Of a stretch of 26,486 nucleotides of DNA, positions 9,260-16,742 are shown piece by piece (the stretch's first letter is position 1; every line of letters starts with the position of its first letter). The stretch lies in the IMG/VR virus record IMGVR_UViG_3300032227_000117, positions 1 through 26,486 of that record. The stretch is one strand, 5' to 3'. The notes under the pieces were generated by a model. That model saw only the letters and a program-made list of their open reading frames with translations. It had not been told where the DNA came from and did no database searches. Position numbers and translations under genes: made by a program. Source of the DNA: a virus. Its lineage: Duplodnaviria > Caudoviricetes.

Positions 9260-9495
9260 CGCTTTTCCTCCAAAGATCCACCATCCATAACTATACTTAC
9301 AATCTCAGGTTCTGTTGATGATTTTGTATTTTGATCTCTTTCTAAAAGACGCAAAGAGATAAGGTTAAGGTTGTGAACTACATTCTCAGCCTCATTTACG
9401 GGGAGTTTTATCTCTTTTTGGCCACTTTTAACAGCAAGTCGGACTTTTTTAATAAATTCTTCTAAAACTGCTATTGAAATCTTATCTGCTGGCAT
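9256..9495 (-). CDS. Small hypothetical phage protein
   Basis: 79 aa ORF in operon orientation. Confidence 0.7.
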   Translation of the reverse strand: MPADKISIAVLEEFIKKVRLAVKSGQKEIKLPVNEAENVVHNLNLISLRLLERDQNTKSSTEPEIVSIVMDGGSLEEKR

Positions 9496-9961
9496 TGCTC
9501 AACACCTGTCTTAATTCCAGTTCAGTTTTAAATGGTCCTTTATGATCGTATCGTTGGATAGTAATTAATTTGGGACAGAAACTTCTTACCCAACCTTTAT
9601 CGAAACGTATAGCATAATAGCCAGCACAATACACGCTCTTGCTTGCATCGCTTTTGGTAAAGAGAGGTAATTTACGTTTGATATCATACATTGGATTATG
9701 TGGTATACAATTTGTTGGATATCCGTAAATTTCGTTGGTAGACTCTTTAGGAATTTCTGTTTTAGCTGTGACAAAGAAGTTTTTTCCAAATTGCTTCTCC
9801 AATGTTTTAGTATCCTTGAAGACCGCCTTTTGTTTATTTGAAACAAGTATAAACTTATTCGACTCGTCTCTTTGTAAAGTACCAACACGATTTACTCCAT
9901 CTTCGATAATCCAAAACTTACCATCAATTACTGGCTTAGCTTTCATTTCCATTTTTATCAC
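9482..9961 (-). CDS. Hypothetical phage protein
   Basis: 159 aa ORF with a GTGA overlap onto the exonuclease stop. The exact start is uncertain. Confidence 0.8.
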   Translation of the reverse strand: MIKMEMKAKPVIDGKFWIIEDGVNRVGTLQRDESNKFILVSNKQKAVFKDTKTLEKQFGKNFFVTAKTEIPKESTNEIYGYPTNCIPHNPMYDIKRKLPLFTKSDASKSVYCAGYYAIRFDKGWVRSFCPKLITIQRYDHKGPFKTELELRQVLSNASR

Positions 9962-10923
9962 TCCGGGTATTTTGCATTTAATGGCTCTGCAAATTGTTGA
10001 GCTTGTTCTGAAACTTTAACAAGGTCAAATAATCCGCAGAACTTTAATAATCTCATGCCTACCTGCTCGACATTCTTAGCATGACTATTTGTTTTAATTG
10101 TGTCGTTGATAATTTGTTTAATATCATCGGGCTGAGCCTTGAGATCAATAAGCCGCCGATTGCGTTCATAATCATCAAGTACACGATGTTCAGCACCTTC
10201 GTGATCAACCCAACGCTGTAGCATAAGATTATTCCATGCAAAACCTTTGCTTCTACGATCCTCGAAAGCTTCTTGAAGTTTGTTCTTACGCACCTTAGGA
10301 TAGGCGCTAAAAACATTATCGGTAGGGTCGCCACGCATACACTTTTCAAAAAGAACCCATTCTGGATTAACTGCTCCCTTAGGCTCTTTAGTCTTACTAT
10401 CAATGACCGGTTTTCCTTTAAGAGTAAAGGTTCCTTCGTGTGTAATAATGTGTTCGTTAATTCCGTGATACTGTTTAACATTCGGAGCAATAAGCTGAAC
10501 AAAATCGGAATCAGTAGAGATAATGATGTGATTGTCGTTAGGATGAGATTCAATCCATCCTGCAATAAGATCATCAGCCTCAAGTTGAGGATTTTGAAGT
10601 ACAGTGCAATTAGTTTTTTCGGTAATAAATTCTTTAAATTTGTCAAATGTTTCCCAGAAAAGTTTATCCTCTTCCGCCTCCTTTTCAGTTAGAGCGGCGC
10701 GAGCCTCTGACCTATTTCGCTTATAAGGAGCATAAAAGTCTTTGCGCCAAGAACGGCCTTCCAAACAAAATACAACATGGTTGCCTTTAAAGTCTTGCCA
10801 CGCCTTTTTAATACTTGCCAATGTAACATGTAGTGCCATTCCTATCTTAATATCTGCGTCACCTCGAACGACATGTCGGGCACGAAAGAATGTGTTAGCA
10901 GTATCTACGATGATATAGTTCAT
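9958..10923 (-). CDS. rnh: 5'-3' exonuclease / T4 RNase H-like (FEN family)
   Basis: Acidic motifs IVDTAN, EGRSWRKDFYAPYKRNR, LEADD, STDSDF and RGDPTDNV. Confidence 0.9.
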   Translation of the reverse strand: MNYIIVDTANTFFRARHVVRGDADIKIGMALHVTLASIKKAWQDFKGNHVVFCLEGRSWRKDFYAPYKRNRSEARAALTEKEAEEDKLFWETFDKFKEFITEKTNCTVLQNPQLEADDLIAGWIESHPNDNHIIISTDSDFVQLIAPNVKQYHGINEHIITHEGTFTLKGKPVIDSKTKEPKGAVNPEWVLFEKCMRGDPTDNVFSAYPKVRKNKLQEAFEDRRSKGFAWNNLMLQRWVDHEGAEHRVLDDYERNRRLIDLKAQPDDIKQIINDTIKTNSHAKNVEQVGMRLLKFCGLFDLVKVSEQAQQFAEPLNAKYPE

Positions 10924-11246
10924 GTAATTCTTACCACCTTGTTTTGGTTGTCTTCAGCGAGAACATTTTGGCACAAGTTCTTAAACCACTTGTCAATGAT
11001 CTCCTCATCAGTATTACCAGTATAACCTGCTTTTCGTAATTCGTCAATGAAGTAACTATTCCAATCCAATTCAAAGTATCCATTATTTGGATCATTGGGA
11101 TCGAAGTGTGTTTCTAGAACATTAACATATGGTTCTTTATTCTTTGTAGCACGTTCTTTGTCGGACAACTTTGGCTTTTTAACTTTTGGTTGTTCTTCAA
11201 CTTTTGATTCTTCTTTAGAACCAAATAACCAATCTATAAATCCCAT
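10920..11246 (-). CDS. Hypothetical phage protein; start revised to MGFIDWLFG
   Basis: TAATG coupling with the queE stop at 11244-11248; core GYFELDWN. Confidence 0.75.
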   Translation of the reverse strand: MGFIDWLFGSKEESKVEEQPKVKKPKLSDKERATKNKEPYVNVLETHFDPNDPNNGYFELDWNSYFIDELRKAGYTGNTDEEIIDKWFKNLCQNVLAEDNQNKVVRIT

Positions 11247-12100
11247 TATGTTCCCCACTCGTTCTTGTATAGCGGAACTTGGATACGTGGACTAAATCTT
11301 ACTCCGATATCTCTAGCATAATCCGCAACTTGTCTCTCATTCATTTCATAAACTGAATTAACACCACCAACTGGCATTAAGTAAACTGGAATGTCAATAC
11401 CTGCTTCTTTGTATTTGCTTACTGCTATTTGAGCATCTAAAGCATCTTGTTCATTAGCAATAACAAATTTAAAATAACTTTTATGTCCTGGAATCTTTAG
11501 ATAATCTTTTACAATCTCAGGTTTAATAGCATCTTCCATTTTTTCACCACTACAAGGAAGTTTAGCACTAATACTAAATGTCACTTCAAGTTTCATACCC
11601 TCTGCCTGTCTAAACAAGTATTTGGCAAGCGCATCATCTAAAGGTTGGGTACCATTAGTTTCAAACGTAAGATATCGCAATTTCATTTCTCGATTACCAA
11701 GTTCAATGAGTAATTCTGGATAAGCACGTTGCCAACTAAGTAAAGGTTCACCACCTGTAATAATTAAATGCTTCTCATTAAAGTTTCTGTCTGGAAGTAA
11801 TTCTTGAAAGCGATCAATAATATCCTTAATATCCATAACAGGAGATAGATGTTTAAATCTAGGATCCCACGAAGCATAACTATCGCAGCCTGTAGAAACT
11901 AAAGGCAAGTCTTTATAATCGGCATATTTCAAACCGTCTTTAGCAATAGTATCACGTTCAGTTGAAACTTGTCCACGTGGCATACCAAATCCACCACAAG
12001 TAAAGTTACAACCAAAAGTTCTTAAAAAGATACTTGGAACGCCTACATACTGTCCTTCGCCTTGTAGGCTATAAAAGATTTCGGATATTTTAAGTTTCAT
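11246..12100 (-). CDS. queE: 7-carboxy-7-deazaguanine synthase QueE (radical SAM)
   Basis: EIFYSLQGEG...PSIFLRTFGCNFTC...GCDS, ITGGEPLL, FETNGT, SISAKL, FKFVI and RFSPRIQV. Confidence 0.92.
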   Translation of the reverse strand: MKLKISEIFYSLQGEGQYVGVPSIFLRTFGCNFTCGGFGMPRGQVSTERDTIAKDGLKYADYKDLPLVSTGCDSYASWDPRFKHLSPVMDIKDIIDRFQELLPDRNFNEKHLIITGGEPLLSWQRAYPELLIELGNREMKLRYLTFETNGTQPLDDALAKYLFRQAEGMKLEVTFSISAKLPCSGEKMEDAIKPEIVKDYLKIPGHKSYFKFVIANEQDALDAQIAVSKYKEAGIDIPVYLMPVGGVNSVYEMNERQVADYARDIGVRFSPRIQVPLYKNEWGT

Positions 12101-12106
12101 AAAACT

Positions 12107-12135
12107 AATATACGCTTTCTAGACGTAAATGTCAA
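12107..12135 (-). promoter_or_regulatory. Sigma70 promoter predicted to give a leaderless queE mRNA
   Basis: TTGACA (12130-12135), 17 bp spacer, TATATT (12107-12112). Only 6 nt separate the -10 from the ATG, and there is no SD. Confidence 0.7.
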
Positions 12136-12137
12136 TA

Positions 12138-12335
12138 TTATCTTTTTTCTAGATCAGTTAGGTTGGGAGGGAAATTACTAAAATCTCTGTTTAAATGTTT
12201 TATCGATTTATTAACTGTATCTAATTCGCTTTTAATTTCAACTAGAAATTCTTTAGCCTGGAACATATGAGTTACTGTTAAAACAATTAACATTATTCCT
12301 GCTAAAATAGAAAGAAAATATGCTATCTTTTCCAT
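12138..12335 (-). CDS. Small membrane-anchored protein (N-terminal TM helix plus coiled segment)
   Basis: Hydrophobic stretch IAYFLSILAGIMLIVLTV; TAATG coupling at 12333-12337. Confidence 0.65.
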   Translation of the reverse strand: MEKIAYFLSILAGIMLIVLTVTHMFQAKEFLVEIKSELDTVNKSIKHLNRDFSNFPPNLTDLEKR

Positions 12336-12835
12336 TACTTAGCCCACCATTCTTCCCAAGGAAAAACTATCCATTCGTCTTTTTCGGATTTATTAATTTC
12401 TGTTGAATAATAATTTACATTTGCTTCGCTTGAAAGGTTATTAATCATAACAGCAAATTTAACATTATCTCCAAATATAGTATCCCATTGAATATCATAA
12501 GGTAAAGCATTAGATTGCCAATCCTTTTTAATCCAATTAATAGTAGCACCACTATCATTGATGTCATCTACAATAAGGATTTTTTTGAGTTTATAAGCAT
12601 CTTCAGCCATCCAAGCATTAGATTCAGGACCATCGCCATCTCCGTCTCTTAATCGAACATCGAGACTATAAGATTTAATGCCTAACATCTTACCAAGCAT
12701 AACAGCAGGGATAGTTCCACCGCTATGAATACCAACAATGTAATCAGGTGTCCAATTATCTCGATATAATTTAACAGCAAGATTGTTTACATGTCCTTGA
12801 ACTTCTTGCCATGTGAGATATGTCTTAGGGGTCAT
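12335..12835 (-). CDS. Type I phosphoribosyltransferase (xanthine/guanine PRT-like); start revised to MTPKTY
   Basis: PRPP-binding loop ILIVDDINDSGATI, IVGIHSGG and C-terminal WIVFPWE. SD AAGGA lies upstream of ATG at 12835. Confidence 0.88.
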   Translation of the reverse strand: MTPKTYLTWQEVQGHVNNLAVKLYRDNWTPDYIVGIHSGGTIPAVMLGKMLGIKSYSLDVRLRDGDGDGPESNAWMAEDAYKLKKILIVDDINDSGATINWIKKDWQSNALPYDIQWDTIFGDNVKFAVMINNLSSEANVNYYSTEINKSEKDEWIVFPWEEWWAK

Positions 12836-13187
12836 TCTTTTTCCTTGCCTCATAATCATCTTTAACTAGATTATAGACTGCTTTGAAATTTTCAAAGGCT
12901 TTATCTAGTGCTGGGTACATATTACACATTTCTTCAACTTTTGTCAAGGAAGGCATTATTTCCTCAAACTCTTTCATATTTCGAAAACTGGTACCAATTG
13001 AATCCCAATAATTCTCAGAAGACATTGTATAAGAACTTGCGGGTGGTGGTGTTAATGTGATAGTGTTTATCATTCCGTTGTCTGTAGTATAATACATTGT
13101 ATTATTGCTGTTAGTATCTAATGTGAATTCACTAAGATCTATAGTGCTATTACTTAACACTGTTATAGTATTAGGATTTGTTGTCAC
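12825..13187 (-). CDS. Thr/Ser/Asn-rich hypothetical protein with C-terminal YPALxKA helix
   Basis: GTG start with SD AGGAG at 13194-13198. Confidence 0.75.
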   Translation of the reverse strand: MTTNPNTITVLSNSTIDLSEFTLDTNSNNTMYYTTDNGMINTITLTPPPASSYTMSSENYWDSIGTSFRNMKEFEEIMPSLTKVEEMCNMYPALDKAFENFKAVYNLVKDDYEARKKNDP

Positions 13188-13593
13188 TTTCGTCTCCTAA
13201 CATTGACTCTATTAGTTTATAATGGTCGTATGCTTTCTTTAATGCTTGATATTTTTCATGCTTTTCAAGATCGGGTGTAATAATTAAAAATCGTTCCTTT
13301 AGAATAGATATAAGTTCTCCTAATTCATCTAGGTCTATTATTGATTTGTCTGTAGTAATTCTTGGATGTACCCCACTGAGATGAATAGTACCGTAATTAG
13401 ATAATCCACCTGTACCTGTTGTTACATATGGATAAGTGGTTGTAGATATTTGTCCTATACCTCCACCACTTCCGCTATAATAGCCACCATTAGGAACAGC
13501 AGTAGTACCATTTACTACTCCATATGTTCCACCGGTTGTTCCAGTTGTTGATGTTGAACTACTATTTCCAAACATACCTTTTAACCATGTCAT
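13171..13593 (-). CDS. Gly/Thr-rich hypothetical protein with C-terminal YQALxKA helix
   Basis: 140 aa ORF starting immediately after the folE stop. Confidence 0.75.
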   Translation of the reverse strand: MTWLKGMFGNSSSTSTTGTTGGTYGVVNGTTAVPNGGYYSGSGGGIGQISTTTYPYVTTGTGGLSNYGTIHLSGVHPRITTDKSIIDLDELGELISILKERFLIITPDLEKHEKYQALKKAYDHYKLIESMLGDESDNKS

Positions 13594-14286
13594 TCATTTC
13601 ATCCTTGCTACTATATTAAAGAATTCTTGCTTCAAATGAGGATCTTCTCTAAACTTACCGCGCATAATAGAAGTAGTCATATCACTCTCATGTTCGCGAA
13701 CACCACGATGTGTCATACACAAATGTTCAGCCTGAACAAGAATAGCAACTCCTTCGGCTTCTGTTACACGTTCAATTTCATCAGCAATCTGTACAGTCAT
13801 TTCTTCTTGAATTTGCGGACGACTAGCAATCCAGTCTGTGATACGATTGAACTTACTTAATCCAATAACATTCTTACCTGGGAATACTCCAATATATGCT
13901 CTACCTTTAATTGCTTGAAAGTGATGAGCGCAAGTAGAACGAATAGTAATAGGACCAGTTACATAAAGTTCGTCATATTCATTAGCATTTGGAAATGCTG
14001 TAATTTTGGGTTGTGCCTCATAACGACCTGAAAAGATTTCTTTCATAAACATTTTAGCAACACGATGAGCAGTATCATTTGTGTTATGATCGTTTTCTGT
14101 ATCGATGACAAGACTTTCGAGTACCTTCTTCATATTTTCTTCGACTTCTGCTAAAAGCAAGTCATGTTCCTCAGGAAGAATATGTTCACTAATATTATCA
14201 TTACAAAAAAATCTAACGCCTTTTTCTTTTAGGCGATTAGCAATAGTAGCGGCGGTGCCGTTACATGTACAGTTAGTCATTGTCAT
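13594..14286 (-). CDS. folE: GTP cyclohydrolase I FolE
   Basis: DTAHRVAKM, RSTCAHH, IGLSKFNRI, RPQIQE and HLCMTHRGV, with the Zn ligands C/H/C present. Confidence 0.97.
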   Translation of the reverse strand: MTMTNCTCNGTAATIANRLKEKGVRFFCNDNISEHILPEEHDLLLAEVEENMKKVLESLVIDTENDHNTNDTAHRVAKMFMKEIFSGRYEAQPKITAFPNANEYDELYVTGPITIRSTCAHHFQAIKGRAYIGVFPGKNVIGLSKFNRITDWIASRPQIQEEMTVQIADEIERVTEAEGVAILVQAEHLCMTHRGVREHESDMTTSIMRGKFREDPHLKQEFFNIVARMK

Positions 14287-14289
14287 TTT

Positions 14290-14322
14290 CTTTCTCCGAT
14301 GTTGACGCAGTGGATTGCGATT
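14290..14322 (-). promoter_or_regulatory. Short structured 5' leader of folE (hairpin, possible SD pseudoknot)
   Basis: RNA CGCA-AUCCAC-UGCG-UCAACAUC-GGAG. The loop UCC is complementary to GGA of the SD. Confidence 0.35.
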
Positions 14323-14327
14323 TGTTT

Positions 14328-14356
14328 ATAATACATTATTTAGGTCGTAGAATCAA
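14328..14356 (-). promoter_or_regulatory. Sigma70 promoter for folE with a nested TAAATA
   Basis: TTGATT (14351-14356), 17 bp spacer, TATTAT (14328-14333). TAAATA lies inside the spacer at 14337-14342. Confidence 0.55.
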
Positions 14357-15416
14357 TTATTGTTTGATAAAGAGCAGACCCGTTGAAGTATTTTTCTCCA
14401 ACCTGCTCGGCTATTCTTCTAGAATCAACTAACATAGGAACATCATATGCATTTATTATACGATGTATAATATCTACAAGTTTATCTTTATGTGTTATGT
14501 AAGATTCCCAATTTTCTGTCCATTCGCTAGGATACAAAGTTCCTTCAGGCCACATTTCTTTATAACTGAGTCGATCTGGCATTAATGGAAATGCTCCCAT
14601 CATTGCACCTTCATAAACACTAATACCTAAGGTTTCTTGTAAGTTAGCACTAAAGACAATCTTACTTTCGGCAAGAAGATTGTAGTATTCATTTTTAGTT
14701 AATCTTCTTTCTTGAGCTACTATCCATGTACATTCAGGCATCGTTTCTGCAAGATCTTTAAAAATTTCAACTTGCTTCTCTGGCGCAATACGATGTGGGA
14801 AAACAATTTTATCTTCTTTAGTAACTTCCATATAAGGTGCTAATAGATCATACATATATTCCATCGGCCACCCAACAATTAGTGTTCCAGGATAATATTC
14901 TTTCCACTTATCTAGATCATTTTCTCCAAAGAGCTCGTTAAGAAACATCTTAAGATGAAATTCAGTAGCAAAAAAATTATGATCAAAGCAATGAAACATT
15001 GATGCTTCAGCATTTCGAACCCAAGGTTTGTCACCTATAAGTCTACCTAGAAAGTCTTGAGGATCATAACTACCAGCATGCCACATACCACCAATCTTAA
15101 TCTTAATACCTAAAAGTTCTGCCATATATTTTAATTGTATAACAGTGGGATTCCAAGCATCAGTGTATAAGAAATAGTCGCCGTCTTTTACCTCACCACT
15201 AAGAAATAAATTGCTAATTCTTTTTAATTGTTCGCTTTTATAAGAATTAGTACCTGCGAAATTTAAAAATGCTCCAGGAGTTACAACTTGAGGTATTGAA
15301 CCTCCGCTAATTGCTTTTGTAGGAATACCTGCTTCTTCTAATTGCTTAGGAAGATATTGTTTCCACTGTGCAGTATAACGAGTATCAACTGGCTCTAAAT
15401 CAACTAGGTATAACAT
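14340..15416 (-). CDS. GT-B (GT4-like) glycosyltransferase, possibly related to GTDC1/DUF3524
   Basis: Retaining-GT signature EX7E (ETLGISVYE), donor-binding IVFPHRIAPEK, YYNLLAESKIVFS and PDRLSYKEM. Confidence 0.8.
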   Translation of the reverse strand: MLYLVDLEPVDTRYTAQWKQYLPKQLEEAGIPTKAISGGSIPQVVTPGAFLNFAGTNSYKSEQLKRISNLFLSGEVKDGDYFLYTDAWNPTVIQLKYMAELLGIKIKIGGMWHAGSYDPQDFLGRLIGDKPWVRNAEASMFHCFDHNFFATEFHLKMFLNELFGENDLDKWKEYYPGTLIVGWPMEYMYDLLAPYMEVTKEDKIVFPHRIAPEKQVEIFKDLAETMPECTWIVAQERRLTKNEYYNLLAESKIVFSANLQETLGISVYEGAMMGAFPLMPDRLSYKEMWPEGTLYPSEWTENWESYITHKDKLVDIIHRIINAYDVPMLVDSRRIAEQVGEKYFNGSALYQTIIDSTT

Positions 15417-15606
15417 TGAAACGATCTTCTCTCCAGTTATTTGTTATTCTCTGACCACGACGATAGCGATCAAACTGACCGTATGGAGTTTTGAAATTGT
15501 ATAAGTCCTTTTCATTATACACATAACCAAACTCTTTACAAAATACTAGATAAGCATCTAGTTCATCAAAAATCTTATTAATATCAGGATATCGACTTGT
15601 GGACAT
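15400..15606 (-). CDS. Small hypothetical protein
   Basis: 68 aa ORF with SD GGAGGA upstream; overlaps the GT start. Confidence 0.7.
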   Translation of the reverse strand: MSTSRYPDINKIFDELDAYLVFCKEFGYVYNEKDLYNFKTPYGQFDRYRRGQRITNNWREDRFNVIPS

Positions 15607-15616
15607 TAGTTCCTCC

Positions 15617-15994
15617 TTAGTTCCACTGCTTTATACAACCGTTTTCACCATCTTCACTAACTTCAACCCAAACTTTACGATTTGGATGTTTCTCATTAAT
15701 TGCTTGATACAAATCATCAGCAATCATTTCACAACTCTTATAATCAAGTTGTAACTGTCCTTGATATAAGTTTTCTAGCCAACGCTTGAATTGAATAAAC
15801 TCAACATCGCGATCATCATGAAATACTTCAAGCCAAACTTTAAAATGGAAGATGTGTCTATGCGGATGTCCTAGAAAACTAACATCATCCCATCCACCTG
15901 TGGCAAGATTAGGATTTTCTAACGCCGCAGGATAGCGATGGATACCTTCTCTACGAAAAGTAACCCAAATCATATTTGTATCAGCCTTCAACAT
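15617..15994 (-). CDS. QueD/PTPS-like T-fold protein of the DpdL (CDG decarboxylase) type
   Basis: GIHRY, LGHPHRHIF (LxxxHRHxF instead of QueD CxxxHGH), DVEFI, SCEMIA and VEVSED. Confidence 0.75.
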   Translation of the reverse strand: MLKADTNMIWVTFRREGIHRYPAALENPNLATGGWDDVSFLGHPHRHIFHFKVWLEVFHDDRDVEFIQFKRWLENLYQGQLQLDYKSCEMIADDLYQAINEKHPNRKVWVEVSEDGENGCIKQWN

Positions 15995-16526
15995 TTACAA
16001 CCTCTTCCTCTATAATTAACGGTTTATCTTCACCGTATTGTGACCAATCTGTAAACTTTTTACGATCCATAAGATCGTGTAACTGATGTACCCATACACC
16101 TGGATTTGATTTTCTAAAATCACTATCGTCAATTTTAACACAAGTATTGTAATTAAGTAAAGTAGAGTAAGGTAACTTTACAGAAATCTGTGTAATAAAT
16201 CGATCATGTTCGTTCCAAGCAGCAAGTGAATCTAAGATATTGTCGTAAACGGAAATATCAAAGTCTAATGTAACCCAGTAATCTCTTTTTAGCAATTCTT
16301 TAATAACTGCTTCCCAGTACATAAGATTAGTTCCATTAAAACTATGATTGGCTCCGAGATAGATATGTTTGGCATCTACATCGTCTGCTATCTTTGAAAC
16401 CTTATCTGGATTTTGTAAGCCTACAACGAACAGTGTAGTCTTTCCATACGCAGGCGTATGTTCGATTTCGGTGCCAACAAAGAATATGACATCGTCTTTA
16501 ACACCGTCGTTGTAGTCTCTTTTCAT
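15981..16526 (-). CDS. Hypothetical protein; possible degenerate QueE-like partial barrel without a CX3CX2C motif
   Basis: 181 aa ORF with SD AAGGA. Strand-by-strand resemblance to the window's QueE was judged by eye. Confidence 0.55.
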   Translation of the reverse strand: MKRDYNDGVKDDVIFFVGTEIEHTPAYGKTTLFVVGLQNPDKVSKIADDVDAKHIYLGANHSFNGTNLMYWEAVIKELLKRDYWVTLDFDISVYDNILDSLAAWNEHDRFITQISVKLPYSTLLNYNTCVKIDDSDFRKSNPGVWVHQLHDLMDRKKFTDWSQYGEDKPLIIEEEVVNVEG

Positions 16527-16538
16527 TTTACTTCCTTG

Positions 16539-16742
16539 TTAAGTTGCCTGATATCCATGATAGCCAGTCTTGATTGATTCAATCTTAGCCATTTCTTCTT
16601 TAAGATATAGTTTTTCAACTTTCATCTTATGGATCTCAACATCGTCTTCATAATGATTATACGCATCAACAATCTTTTTGTCAAGGTCGTCGTGCTTAGA
16701 CTTTACCACTTTATAATGTGATTCAATCTTATCCTCAATCAT
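16539..16742 (-). CDS. DUF465/YdcH-family small coiled-coil protein
   Basis: KHDDLDKKI....IHKMKVEKLYLKEEM matches the H..LD..I...LK..KL.LKDE pattern. Confidence 0.7.
   Translation of the reverse strand: MIEDKIESHYKVVKSKHDDLDKKIVDAYNHYEDDVEIHKMKVEKLYLKEEMAKIESIKTGYHGYQAT

Noticed and set aside
14290-14325. Canonical preQ1-I or THF-II (folE motif) riboswitch
   Set aside because: Loop length and conserved nucleotides do not match those classes as I recall them, so it is kept only as a novel candidate.
14302-14332. Plus-strand TTGACG...TATAAT antisense promoter
   Set aside because: The spacer is 19 bp and there is no plus-strand gene; the sequence is better explained by the minus-strand promoter and leader.
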